Shown one piece after another: positions 47,020 through 60,436 of a DNA stretch of 64,000 bases. Below the pieces are notes generated by a model. It worked only from the letters and a program-made list of their open reading frames with translations. It ran no database searches and was not told where the DNA came from. Both the position numbers and the translations under genes were made by a program. Source of the stretch: Utricularia gibba. Lineage: Eukaryota > Plantae > Magnoliophyta. The DNA is taken from assembly GCA_002189035.1 (NCBI GenBank), contig NEEC01000004.1:2046001-2110000 (forward strand), read 5' to 3'. The number at the start of each line of letters is the position of its first letter. The first letter of the stretch is position 1.

Positions 47020-48699
47020 ATCATTATCGATATCTGAAAAATATTTGCATGTTTTTTGAAAAAAGTCTGAAGTGTTGAAAAGAAGCCACAAAGCTGAAAG
47101 AGAAAAAGTTACTTAAACTACAAAAATCAAAAGGCAAGCATGCCAGAATTATTTGATGGATGCTCATTCCTTATTACCCATGAAATGGAGCCTCCAACCG
47201 AATTTCCTACCTGTCCCAAGCTCTTGCCGTGCTACAATCCATGAAAAAGACCACATGATTGCGCAAACTTGCTGAAACTAGTGGATCACTTGCACAAGTT
47301 TATTGACTCGACTACATTCAGGTATTGAGCGATCCTCTTTTCATTTCACCCTCCTCTTATGGATTTCTTTTGTTGAGCACATTGAGTGACCTGTGAGGAG
47401 TAGGTACGTGCAAGGGGAGCTAGTGAATGGTGTAATATTGAATAACTCATGCATTTTGCTAGCCTTAATTCTATTTGCAATTTACTACTTTGGAGGAAAA
47501 TACCTTGAACAATTGCTTGAGGACATGCAATATATAAGTGTGGGGGAGTTGATAAGTGATTTTGTATCGTTCCAAAACATGTTCTTCCACTACTCTTGAG
47601 TGTTATTTTTACTTATCTTAGATCCCACTTTCTCATTATTCTCAATTTATTTTGCATCTTTCACACTACTTTGATCTTTTTGGAGAGAAAGTGTATTTTA
47701 GGGATTTTTAGGGTACTTTTGGATCAATTTGAGGAGAAATCAAGACCCACCAAATTATGGACTTGATGGACCACGAATCTCAACCCAAGACTCGATCAAC
47801 CGATGAAGATTTAGTCCAAGATTCGTAGATAAGATAGAGATATGAAGATGATCTTTGAAGATTTGAATAAAAGATTTGGATAGAAGATCTTATTCAAGCC
47901 CATCTAATAAGCTCAATACGAAGATTTGGATTGACTCTCCTATAAATACCCCACCCTCCCAACCATTAAAAACGTCTTTGACCACTTTTCCTTTGTACTT
48001 TTCCTATTTATATGTCTATTTTCATGTTAGAATCAAGTCTGCACGTGTAGGCACTTGCGGCTGAGGATCTGCGGTGAAGCCTTGCTTGCGCAAGTCCTAC
48101 ACGTGTGACTGTTTTACTATGTTTTTCAACATTTAAATTGAAGTTTGATTCTGTTTTTCACAACATTTTCTTTACCAACGTGATCTTTAGTATCACATAA
48201 CCCGAAGGGAGTATGAGAGAATCAAAGGTTGGCCTCAAGCACCTAAGTAGAAGGGCTCAATCAGACATCGTTGGTAAGACACATTCTATCTAATCTGTCT
48301 GCGAGGTGTGAGGTGTAGGGGTTAGATTTGGGTGTGGGGAAAACATGGGTTATCACAAGAGGTGAAATGGCTTTGGTGGCGTGGTTGATTCCATAATCCC
48401 ATAAAACAAGGGACGGTGCTATAACGGTCACCGAGTAGCACTACTTTAGAAAAACACCCCCAGAGCTTGCGCAAGCAGGTCAGTCTTCAAGGTTTGCACA
48501 CACGCAAGGGTGAGTTTCAAGTAAGGTGGATTTTAGATTCAATGTCACTTTCCTTATTGTTTTCAAAACCAAATCTTTCTTTTATTTTTGTCCTTTTTTA
48601 ACTATTTGTTTGAAAAGAAAATTCCAATAACAATTCCCTGTGAATACAATCTTATTTTATTACTTCGACGGTTTCTGTGCACTTGCAAAGTTACCATCA
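47020..48699 (+). mobile_element. Athila-like 3' internal remnant, PPT and 3' LTR (47552-48699)
   Basis: GAGGACATGCAA..AAGTGTGGGGGAG|TTGATAAG is an Athila-type PPT-LTR junction; the LTR ends GTGCACTTGCAAAGTTACCATCA. The left boundary is approximate. Confidence 0.72.
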
Positions 48700-49248
48700 A
48701 ATACGAATCATCATTTTTTATCCTCTTTACATTTTGCACAAAACAACCATGATCCTAATACAAAATCGACTGTTGCGAAAAGAAATTAGAGGGAAAAATT
48801 TTGCAACCACAACACACGGGATCAAGACGTGTAACCAACCGGTTGGCATTAAGTAAGCCAACTCACAACCAATTCTGAATCATCATCTTATAGATATGTA
48901 TCCTATGCTTTCTATAATTGGCTTCCGAAATCAAATAATGAGCCTTCACAAATCATGATTGGATCCGCGGTTGGGAAATAATTAGGCCCCATTTGATGGA
49001 GACTGGGCATGGTGGATGACATGGAGAAATAAGTATTAAAATGGCATTAATCTTTTATTTCGGACGTACTAAAAATTAAAAATAATAAATTTCATAATCA
49101 AATTAATGTTTCAATCCCACAGATAAGGGAAGTCTCCATCACATGGGCCCAGGCACTGAGACATCTGTTTCAAGTTCAAAAGAAAACTTGATCCCCCTAC
49201 TCTTCTTAATGCCAAGGGTCCTGCTCTGAAGGCTCGCACTTGGACAGG

Positions 49249-50219
49249 ATGGCTTCATTTGCGGCTTCCGGAGGAGGTGACAAGTACAGGGACAACATTG
49301 CGAGAGGGTGGCGCAGCGGAGCTACTCCGAATTATGACGATGTTAATAAGCTCTTTGAGGAAGGGAGGAAAACTGTACGACTGATAATGCGCTGAATAAT
49401 GCTTTTCCCATGAAACAACAACAATCTCTGATGCTTTTTTACTATGTCTTTCTTGTTCTTCTGTCTCAAGGTTTGGCCAGAAGGGTCACTGGAAAACAGG
49501 GTGGAGAGGCTGGTCAAAACATGGGAAATGGAGATGGTCCATCATCCTGATGAATACGTGACGATTGATCCAAGCCAGTTTGTTGCTGTCCTCAACGGTG
49601 CTTCTGACTGTTTCTGTTCGCGTAGTGTTCCTTGACAGACATGCTGACTTAACGGATTAACGATGACAGGAACGCAGACGTGCACGTTCCAGCAACTAGG
49701 GAAAGTGGGAGGAAGCTACAATCTGTTTTTCCAAACGCCTCTACCACCTGAGCTCAGGATCTACGACCCGGACAAACAAACTGAGGAGGGATCCCACGCC
49801 ATCTTCAAGACTGCTTTTCCTCGTGGATTTGCTCTCGAAATCATCAAGGTTTACACTGATAAGCCAACCATCAACTTTCAGTTCAGGCACTTCGGATACT
49901 TCGAAGGCAACTTCATGGGAAATCCCCCAACTGGAGAGTTGGTAGAGTTATATGGCAACGCTGTCTTCAAGGTAATCTGCTGCCATGCCAGAAATTTTTT
50001 TGGAACTAATACAACTCCAAAAGGAACTTTTTTCCTCCAGATCTGTGCTTGGGAGTGAGGATGATTCTAACACCTGTTGATGATGATTTCCAGTTAGATC
50101 CAGATACAGACTTGATTGTGAAGGCAGAGTTCTTCTTCGATCGCGCCCAGCTCCTCGCTCCCTTGATCAAGGGCAGAGCTGCACTCGGAACTGGGAGTGG
50201 CTGTCCCTTCATGGCATGA
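49249..50219 (+). CDS. 'Pathogen-related protein' family member (probable SnoaL/NTF2-like fold), 4 exons
   Basis: MASFAASGGGDKYR..W..GATPNYDDVNKLFEEGRKT|VWPEGSLENRVERLVKTWEMEM..FPRGFALEII..FRHFGYFEG..PTGELVELYG..AEFFFDR..GCPFMA-TGA; GT..AG junctions keep the frame. Confidence 0.88.
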
Positions 50220-50272
50220 AGCCATTTGAATTCAACAGAAATATGATTATCCAAGCAAATAATCTCAGTAGA

Positions 50273-50345
50273 TTCCGATCTACTGCTGAAGTTTATGGTG
50301 TGCTGTTTTTCCGATCAACTGCTGAAGTTTATGGTGTGCTGTTTT
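50273..50345. repeat. 36-bp tandem duplication in the 3'UTR of the pathogen-related gene
   Basis: CCGATC(T/A)ACTGCTGAAGTTTATGGTGTGCTGTTTT at 50275 and 50311, one mismatch. Confidence 0.9.
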
Positions 50346-51558
50346 CTTGTTTTCTGTGTTTGGTAAGCTTGTCTGAAAACGGAAAACTCTCCATCCACTA
50401 CATAAGATTTTCCCTCTGCTCTGTAGTCTGAACATGACAAGTGCACTAACATTCATGGCTAGTGGTCCTTTCCCTTTCTTCACGTGGCCTTGCTCCTCTC
50501 CATCCCGTACATAAGCCAAGCCTCGTTTGGTAGGATAGATAACCTTAATTTCTTAGGATATATTGTTTAATTTTTTAGTAGTTAGATATGGACACGTTTC
50601 ACCCAACTTTTTCTAAAGTATATTGGATATTTTTAAAAATTAGGACATATTTAATTTTCTAGTTGTGTTCGTTCCTTGGATGCTTTCTCTTTCTCCTGCA
50701 TAAAATTTTTATTGAATCATATAAATCAAAATTTCATCATGATGATTTTTATTGTAATCTTTTTCATTTTTTGTTTTTTCAATAATGGCAATAGGATTCT
50801 AAAATCTATGATTTTTATGTAAAAATTATGAATTTTTGTTCGATTATGGTACTATGGAACTTGAGTGCTCTAATTTACAAATTTTTGTTATGCATAAAGA
50901 TGGGTTTTCAAGTTTATATGTTATTGAAAGTTTAACTATCTTTTTATAATAATTTCAAGTTTAAATTTATAAATATGTATTTGTAATTATGAACTAAAGA
51001 TTTAAATCCATGAATGATCCTAAATAAAATTAAACCTCTTTTTATCCTATTTTTATTGCCTAAAATACATCAGAAAAAAGAGAAATACAAAATAAAAATT
51101 TCCACACTTCATACGCTCCTTAATACTACGCTCGAGAAAGGGATCAATCAAAAGATGGGGCCCTCCAATTAAAAAACTCTCCGTATCAGTTTCTACTTTC
51201 TAATATTACAAATATTGTGTGAAAAAATTGATGAGACTACAAATAATTAATTTAATTATTGTAAAAATTGATAGATATTAATAAAATAATAAAATGATAT
51301 AAATTTAAAAATATACATGTATTTATATCATTATTTAAATTTTAAATGAAATTCAATATTGTAATGTTTTTATGCAAAAAGTGCGAAGGATAGCATTTTG
51401 TTATAACAATTGAATTTTTTAATCAAAATTATAGCTTTGTAGGCGTATTTTAATTATAATTTTTTTTCAGGTTATAAATATGTTGTAATTATTTTATGGT
51501 TGGTTGACTTTTGGATGCTGGGTGCTTGTAAAACAATATAATTTTATTTTTTAATTTT

Positions 51559-52099
51559 TCAAGATGAAGCATGAATATCCACTGATAGTGTTTTCATTTC
51601 ACAATCGTCATCTGGTATAGCATCAAACTCTATCAAAGTATTATTGAATTTCTCTGAGTTGTTTTGCTTCAATATCAGCACTTGAGAGTTCTGCACCTCC
51701 AAACTTCGAAACTTTGGGAACATTGCTCGCACTACTTTCTGAATTTGGAGACTCAGCATAAGTACCTCTCGCACATTCATTTTTGGTAGAAATAAAAGGT
51801 AATTCATCACTAGAACTTTCTTCGGAGTCCCCCTTTTGGGATTCTGTGATTTCATTATTTTCGGCTAACTCAATATCAAGATGATTCTCTTGCAAAGAGT
51901 ATCCAACACTCTTGTTGTTTGGTTTTGATTCTGAGATCAATAAGTTCTTGGGATTATATTCATCACCTTCTAAGATATTTTGATCCTCACGGTTTGTTGA
52001 TTCTAAAGTAATTCTGATTTCACGATTGCAGTCAAAGGTCTTGGAAATGAGATTGATTTCACGATTCCAGTTAAAGGTCTTGAAAATGAGACTTTCACA
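51559..52099 (-). pseudogene. Orphan S/E/N-rich ORF fragment cut at its 5' end by the copia LTR
   Basis: Frame open from 52099 to 51641, with a 39-nt (13-codon) tandem duplication at about 52016-52093. A second frame continues to a stop at 51559. No recognisable family. Confidence 0.35.
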
Positions 52100-55000
52100 T
52101 GAACATCAACCCCTTGGTAAATCTCCATCTGATATGCCCAATGCTTGTAGAGGAAATCAACCCTAATGCCCCAAAAACCTGCATGAGAGATGTTAGGGAA
52201 GGAGGAGCTTTAGGCCTATGGCCCATACCAAGGAGCCTTAAAGAAGGAAAGGAGAAGAAAACCAATTTGGGCCACAATAAGATGAGCCCAGAGTTCAACC
52301 CACGTGTCTATGATAATCCACCTAGGGGTGTGAGCTGGCCAACGGTACAAATGCAACAGCTAGTTAGAAGACAACCCTTATATAAATGTGTTACAATGTA
52401 AAAACAAGTAGAATTGACTGAAGGGAAAATTTACTCAACAATCTACTCAAATATCCATAGTTCACAAAGAAACCTGAGCAATTAGCTTCCTACTTCAGCG
52501 TCATTACTCAAGTATTGAGGGCTGGTTTCTTAACTTGGTGATAGCTGTGGGACATCAAAAAATGACAACATCAATTGCTCTGCCACCCAATTTTGACAGC
52601 ACACACTATGTTGTTTGGGCAAAAATGATGAGAAATGACCTCATAAACATCAAGGTCTGGGAGGTCCTCACCACATCTGATGTTCCTACAAGCTCGTTAG
52701 GCATTCCTGTAGAAAGGCAGAAATCAATGGAAGAGGAAGAACGCAATGTGGAGCTGGAATCCACCTTAGATCATGCGCTCGTTGTGCCACTCACAGTAGA
52801 AATCTATAAGAAGTTTCTAAGCTTCGAAATATCAAAAGAATTGTGGATAGCATTGCAAAACACCTACGGCACTATAGCTATCAATAAGGATAGAGAAATC
52901 GATAGACTCTGGCATTCTATTGAAGGACTCAACATCACATACAACATTGCAGATTTATTGACCCAACTTTTAGGCTTTCTTGATAACCTTAAAGCTTTGG
53001 GAGAGCATATTGATGAAAGGTGAATTAAACATAAAATTATTAACTCCTTACTTGTCTCATTTCAAACTCTTCTTAGGATCAGAAATGCGATTCACAGCAC
53101 AAAAAGGAAGCCTTCAAGAAACCGCATTCCAAGCTACCAGTCATCTCAAGGGAATCACAGACAGAAATATTAAAAGAGGGAGCACAAATTCTAGCAAGAG
53201 ATATAGCTATCAACAGAACACCAAGGAAAAAGACTAAGCGTCCTGAGGATTCAGACATAGAGGAGGAAGACCCTTGTACATGCTACAAGAGATTTCATGC
53301 AAATGAATGTTGGTATTACCTTGAAGCAATGTGCAACAACTATCACAAAAATGGCCATATAGTGCGAGTTTGCCCAAGGCGCAAGCATTATGATAATGCA
53401 AAAGCAGCATTAGATAAGTTCATTGTCGAAGAACTATAAAAATTTATGTTTTTTGTAAACATAAATCCAGGATCAAGGGAATCTAAGATAGTTAACATTT
53501 ACATGTTATGTCAAGATACTATATTTTCAGCAATAAAATGGTTGAAATGTAAAGACATCTGTTTTTTTTACCCGTTTGAAACCCACGAACCAAACATGGG
53601 TTTATGTCTAAACCCGCACCGCAACTCACCTAAACCCAGCAACCAAATGTGCCCTTAGTGTTGGGCAACTAGTAGAAAAAAACTTCGAGATTCAATTCAC
53701 AAGAGCACCTGTAAAATCAAAAACCCAGTTGGAACTCTCGTATTGAAAGTCCCGACATTCAATAGAGCTTCTAGGTTGATAAAGAAATTGCTAGAAGTGA
53801 GCCTTATAACAAAGGAAGTCACAGATGCCTGGCACAAACGATTAGGACATGTAAACTATCCAAGGTTGTTGAAGCTATCATCACAATCAAAAGCAGTGCT
53901 TTAAGGACTACCAGTCTTAAAAAGGGGGAATGAAATTTGTAGCACCTAACAAGCTCGAAAAATGCACAAATTATCGTTCAGCCTTGTAATCTATCAAGCA
54001 GCAAAAAAATTTAGAATTAATACATAGTGATGTCTGTGGACCATTGGAAGTGCCTACCTTATCTGAAAATAGATACTTCTTAATTTTTATAGATGACTTT
54101 ACCAGATTTGGTTGAGTATATTTCGTTAAATAGAAATCAAAAGTGTTAGAAAAATTCAACATCATTAAAGTAGCAGTTGAAAATCAAACAAGACAATCTA
54201 TCCATTTTTGCGATCAAATAATAGAGTAAAATACATTCATCATGAGCTAGAAAAATAGTGTGAAGAATATGGAATAACTCATTAATTCACAACGTGATAC
54301 ACCCCGAAACAAAACAGTGATGCTGAAAGAAGAAATAGGACTATCATGGAAATGAGTTTTTGCATGATGTTTGAAAAAAGCATTCTAAAAGTATTCTAGG
54401 GCAAAGCGGTAAACAGTGCTACATATTTGCTAAATCGACTTCCTTCCACTAGACAAAATACATGAAAAATGCCATATGAACTATGGTATAATAGGAAGCC
54501 TAACATCAAGCACTTGAGAATCTTTGGATCATGGTGTCACGTCTACATACCCAACAATTGAGAAGTATACTGACAAAAAAATGCATAGTAGGAGTTCATA
54601 TGGGCTACACAAAAACAAGCAAGGCATATAGAGTTTATGATCCAATCAAGAACAAAATCCTGACCAGTAGACATGTTGTCTTTGACGAGAGCAAGGAGTT
54701 TGACTAGAAGAAGCTCAATCAAAGTAGCATAACAAAAGCTAATACTACAAATGAGTTCATGTTTTTCCCTTCATTTTCTACTTCAGCAAGCATGCAATTC
54801 AGAACAATTGACCCATGGTATTGATATAGGCAACAGAGACTTAGAGATAGAAAGGAATACATATACTCCAGAAGCCTCTAAAAGTGGACATGGTTCAAAC
54901 TGTATGGAAGCAGAAACGCATCAAGCAATCTCAAGAAATTTGGATAGTGGCAATCCAGAATCTGCAATAGAATCAGAAAAGGATAGTTCATTTGAGGAGA

Positions 55001-56907
55001 CACAAGAAAATGAAGGCATAGATGACACACCGATATGAGGTTTCCGAAGCTTAACAAATATTCATAATAGGTGTCTTGTAATGCTAGAACCTAATAGTGT
55101 AAATAAAGCATTAACTCACTCTGGTAGGAAAGCAACTATGAAACAAGAACTTGAGCAGATTGAGAAGTTTGATACTTGAAGCTTAGTACCAAAACCCGAA
55201 AACTTTAAGCCTATAGGGGTTAAGTGGGTGTTTTGAACAAAGTTGAATGCAGATGAGACTATAAAAAATTGAAAGCTAGATTGGTATGCAAAGGATATAT
55301 TTAGTGACCTGAAGTTGACTACAAAAAAAGACGTTCGCTCTAGTTGCAAGGTTGGATACAATCAAACTTCTATTAGTCATTGCAACCAGTTAAAGATTGG
55401 AAGTATATCAATTGGATATGAAAGTTGCCTTTTCGAATGGAATCATACAAGAAGACATATATATACAACAACCACTGGGCTTTGAAAAAGGAGAGGAAGA
55501 AAAAGTTTCAAAACTACATAAAGCCCTCTATGACTTAAAACAGTCTCTTAGAGAATGGTACTCAAGAATTAATGATTTTTTCTTATCACAAGGATATCAG
55601 AGAAGTTTGAATGATTTAATATTATATACCCTCAAAAATGAAAAAGGCATGATAGTTATCTTCTTGTATGTAGATGACATATTAATTATCGAAAATTGCA
55701 AGGAGATGGTTGAAACTAAAAAACATCATCTTATGGGCACAATTGAAATGATAGATTTGGGAAAGTTAAGCTATTTTTTGAGCCTAGAAATCAATCATGA
55801 AGAGGATCATATATTCCTATCTCAGCGACGATACACCTTAGATTTCATAGCAAGATATCGGATGAAAAATGCCAAGAAAACCTTAATACACTATTCCTAG
55901 CTTTCAAGATTGAAACACTACAGACCATTGACAGCCTGTGAAACTGAGTACAGAAGCTTAATAGGAAGTTTCATATACCTCACAACAATGTGCCTGAACA
56001 TAACATTTGCTGTAAGTTACTTATACCGATTTCTTTCATCACTTAAACAAGTTCATTTGAATGTTGGAAAACGTATTTTGGAGTATCTGAAAAGCACAAG
56101 TACTTATGAATTAAGGGTGTGTTCTAGAAAACTTTTACGGAGAACTTTTACTTATATGAAAGTAAAAGTTATTTTTTTTCAAAACACCCTTATTTTTAAA
56201 AGTACTTTTATTAGAATTACTTTTGAAATCATACAATAAAAAAAACTTTTACAGAAGTCATAAGGGGTGTGCTTTTCAAGGGTTTGTAAAAACTTCTTTC
56301 CCCAAATCCATCGGCCAACATCACACATCACAGGTATTGAATTAAGGGTAATTTTTCTAGAATGGGGTGATTTTGTAACTAAGGAATTGTCAGTTACGGT
56401 ATGGTGTGGTTTTTTTCTGTTTTCCAAAGTCTTGTTTGCTATTTATCCATATCTCATTAAAAAAAAAATGGAGCGATTTTTTTCAGTTGAATTCTTTGAA
56501 GAAAATTTACCCTTGTACATTGCCTAAAATGAGCTCAATTGATGTCCACTTTTTCAATGGAATTAATCCATTTTTCTGTTTGTTGTTTCACCTTTGTACA
56601 TGCTCTGTGATTAACTGTCTTGGGTCTGTGAACCGTAGGTTACCTTCCATTAATCCTTAACAATTGAAAAAAGTACACTTTAATGTATATTTATTTATGG
56701 TGTAGAGACATGCCTCTCCGGGAAGCTTTCAACCCTACCATTTCATTGAATATAGACCCCATTAATTGTGGTTCTTATCTTTTGTTATGTCATCTCATTT
56801 CTCTTTGCAACCTTCTCGGTTCCTCAACTACCTGTTTCTATTTTTATTTTGTTGCTGAAAATTTATAGCATGCTATTAATTATTGTGTATTATTATTGCA
56901 AGTTTTT

Positions 56908-58111
56908 ATGGAGGGAACAAATGATAAAGGGAAAAACAGGTCTGCACCAAGTGCCAATACTCAAAAGAAACATGCAACTAAAAAATACACCAGGGATTTA
57001 CGTAGTATGGAAATCTACCTTCGACTTGCTATAGAGGAGATTGAAAAAGGAAATTTTTGAAACTCATCATTCAACAAGGAAGGATGGGATAATCTACTGA
57101 AAGGATTAAACAATGAATTGTGCTACCAATTCGATATGAAGCAACTGAGGAATAGATGGAATACTTTTCGAGAGCATTGGTCATTGTACAAGAGATTGAG
57201 TAATATGACAGGTGTAGGATGGAATGAGGATGGTTGGACTATTAAAATGGATGAGGAGTGGTAGGAACTTCGAATTGAGGTTAGCATTTAAGTTTTTTTG
57301 TATATTTGTTAAAAATGAAATGGTTTGTTATGTTTATTTGGTGCTTTAAAATTCATTCTTGATAGTTTTCTAAATATGATGATGTATTATTGATTGTTTT
57401 ATTGAGTACTGTATTATCTTTTTTTCTTTATATGACATTATTGATATTTTCTAAATATGAAGATGTATCATGGTAGGAAAACTCAAAGGCGATTTTAAGG
57501 GTACACCGCCACTGCTGCCTTCAATGATGGAAAATGTTTTTGATTCTATGGTTGGATATGCTCCGGAGCGCTATATACCAAATGCAGGTTTAAGACGGGT
57601 TGAGGAAGATGGAAGTGGTGACTCAATAGATAATGGGTTAGCAAACACTTCATCATTAGATGCTTTACAATCAGATCAACTAATTGGATCAGATTTTTTA
57701 AGTGATACCCCTACGCCTCCAGCTCCACCATCAACTCAAAAGAAGCATAAGGCTCATTGTAGAAATAGTGATCGTATAGCTGAAGCTTCAGAGCGATGGG
57801 TGAAGGCATCTGAGATGGTATCTGCGGTTGCAAACAGAAAGGAAACATACTCCATTGCAAAGTGTATAAAAGAGTTGAAGACTACCCCAAATATTGTTCA
57901 AGGAAGTGAGTTATGGCTTCGAGCTTTGGATTTGTTTCACCGACCGAGCAATAGGGAAATTTTCCTTTCAATTGATGATAATGAGGACCGCTACACTTGG
58001 ATTGTACATGCATCTTCCAAGACTGCTGGTAGCACTTCCTCATTTTCACCTGGTGTTGCTCGCTCAGATCAAAATGATTCAGGAAGTAGATTTGATCAGT
58101 TTTTCTATTAG
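56908..58111 (+). pseudogene. Harbinger ORF1, Myb/SANT-like DNA-binding protein, 2 exons, with in-frame stops
   Basis: MEGTNDKG..IYLRLAIEEIEKGNF*NSSFNKEGWDNL..KQLRNRWNTFREHW..TGVGWNEDGWTIKMDEEW*; the second exon has YSIAKCIKELK..WLRALDLF..REIFLSID. Confidence 0.8.
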
Positions 58112-58234
58112 ATGTCATTTCTTCATTAGAATGTGTGCTAATTTTCCATTAGAACATTGCAAGCTTTCCCATTATCTTGTTCTTTTGTATTTGAAAGACA
58201 ATGCTTATGGAATTATATTCCTTGGCTCAAGTGA

Positions 58235-58522
58235 TGTTGTATGTGCACAAGGGCGTGGTTTAATTAGCGTTCGACCCTTAGGAAGCATTTGGGTCGAGTG
58301 CATATTCCTTTTTTTTAAATTATACTTAGCGTTCGATCCTTAAGAGCCATTTAGCTCGAGTGCTGTTGCCAAGGCCACAAGGGCGTGGTTTAATTAGCGT
58401 TCAACCCTCAGGAAGCATATGGGTCGAGTGCATATTCCTTTTTTTTTTAAATTATACTTAGCGTTCGATCCTTAAGAGCCATTTAGCTCGAGTGCTGTTG
58501 TATGTGCACAAGGGCATGGTTT
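58235..58522. repeat. ~130-bp tandem repeat (2 full copies plus a partial) inside the Harbinger
   Basis: CAAGGGC(G/A)TGGTTT recurs at 58248, 58378 and 58509. Each unit has two related half-units TTAGCGTTCGA(C/T)CCTT..TCGAGTGC. Confidence 0.92.
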
Positions 58523-58694
58523 ATGCATAAACGACGCTCTTGTGGCCTTGGCAGGCGTTAGATCTAATTTTTAATATGTTAATAGAATTGTATTTTTTTA
58601 ATACATTAATCAAGACGTATGTATTAAAATATATTTTTTGGTAAACATTTGCAAAATAGCATTCGACCCAGAACCGACCAATGAACATCTCTAT

Positions 58695-59000
58695 TTTTTT
58701 ATTTCTACATTCATTTTCAACTACATGATATCAAGATTTTTTTTTTCATTCATTATTAATCACATAATATCTAGATTTTTTTATTTCTACATTCATTTTC
58801 AATCACATAATATGTAGATTTTTTTAATTCTACATTCATTTTAACCACATAATATCTAGATTTTTTTTTACATTCATTGTTAACGACATGATATCTAGAT
58901 TTTTTTTATTTCTACACTCATTTTCAACCACATAATATGTAAATTTTTGATGAATTTATTTATTCATTTATAATTACATTATATCTAGATTTTTTTTTAT
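58695..59000. repeat. ~40-44-bp AT-rich tandem array, about 7 copies, upstream of the Harbinger transposase
   Basis: Consensus TTTCTACATTCATTTTCAACCACATAATATCTAGATTTTTTT repeated with indels. Confidence 0.88.
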
Positions 59001-59074
59001 AAAAGGATGTAAAGGTGCTCCATATCAAAAGTCTTCATCTACGAATTCAATTTGTCTACACTCTCTTTTGTTTT

Positions 59075-60436
59075 ATGGCATCATCTTCAAATCCAGCATT
59101 TTATGGAGATAGTGATCATGACACACATCACAGCAAAGAAGAAAAGGAAATGGATGAAGATGATAGTGAAGCAGAAATGCAAACACTCAAAGACCAGATA
59201 TCTTTTCTAGAGCAAGGAAGTGACTTCTTCAACTCCATACATAGGTATCATGATCAATACTTGGAAAAAAAAACTAATCCATGATCGTCCAGTCTCAGGA
59301 TGGGCTTTATTGCTGAATATGTTGAATGGAGCTGATATACGAGCATATCAAGATCTTCGTATGAAACCAATGGTATTCTATCAATTTTGTGCATTATTGG
59401 TGGATGCATTTGGACTCAAGAAGAGGCATCATATCACAGTAGAGGAAGAGGTGGCAATTTTTTTGAAGTCTGTTGGTACACGAATGGGAAATCGTGCTTT
59501 ACAAGAAATTTTTCACAGGGGAGCTGACACAATTAGCAATTCATTCCATAATGTTCTCAAAGCATGTTGTCGCATGGCATCTATTTGGGTAAAACTAGGA
59601 AGAGATCACACACAAGTTCCCGCATATATTAGGAACAAACCTCGTTATTTTCCATTTTTTCAAGGTTGTCTTGGAGCCATAGATGGAACTCATATAAAAG
59701 CATGTGTTCCGATTGAAGAAAGAGTGCGCTACATTGGACGAAAAGGGGTTCCTACTCAAAACATTTTAGCAGTTTGTGATTTCAATATGCGGTTCATTTT
59801 TGTTGGTACAGGATATGAAGGAATCACACATGATAGTAGGATGCTAAAAGAATGTTTACGTAATGATGAAGATGAGTTTCCACATCCATCACCAGGTACT
59901 TCAATTTGAATCAAGCACTTCATACTGTCATATTTCATACAATCTTACTTGTCTAACTTTGTGATCAAAGGAAAATATTACTTAGTTGATGCTGGTTTTT
60001 CCAACATAAATGGTTATATGGCACCATATCGTAGAACGCGCTACCACTTACCAGAATTTCAATGCTCAAGACGTGGATATACTCGGCCTGAAGAGTTGTT
60101 CAACCATAGACATTCATCACTACGTTCAGTCATTGAAAGATCATTTGGTGTGTGGAAAAACGTTTTCACATTATGAATGACATGCCTTACAACCTGAAGC
60201 TATGCCATCAACTGCGTTTGGTTGTTGCAACTATGGCTATTCATAATTTTCTTCGGCAAGCCAATTCAGAAGATGATGGGTGTGATCTGAGTGAATACAA
60301 TGATCCAAATCCATTATCTGAAATTGATGAAGATCCAATCGAAGAAAATGAAGACACTACACAAAGAAATTCAATAGAAACCATTCATGATGCAATTTGT
60401 AATCAACTTTGGAGAGCTCAACATATGAGAGTGTAA
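59075..60436 (+). CDS. Harbinger DDE transposase (HARBI1/DDE_Tnp_4-like), one intron; two 1-nt frameshifts in A-runs as assembled
   Basis: GAIDGTHIK, RYIGRKG, QNILAVCDFNMRF, GITHDSRML, PSPG|KYYLVDAGF, YMAPYRRTRYHL, FNHRHSSLRSVIERSFGVWK, QLRLVVATMAIHNF. Confidence 0.88.

Noticed and set aside
58235-59000. Repeat arrays with palindromes resembling a CRISPR array
   Set aside because: Units are tandem without unique spacers, the context is eukaryotic, there are no cas genes, and they lie inside a Harbinger element.
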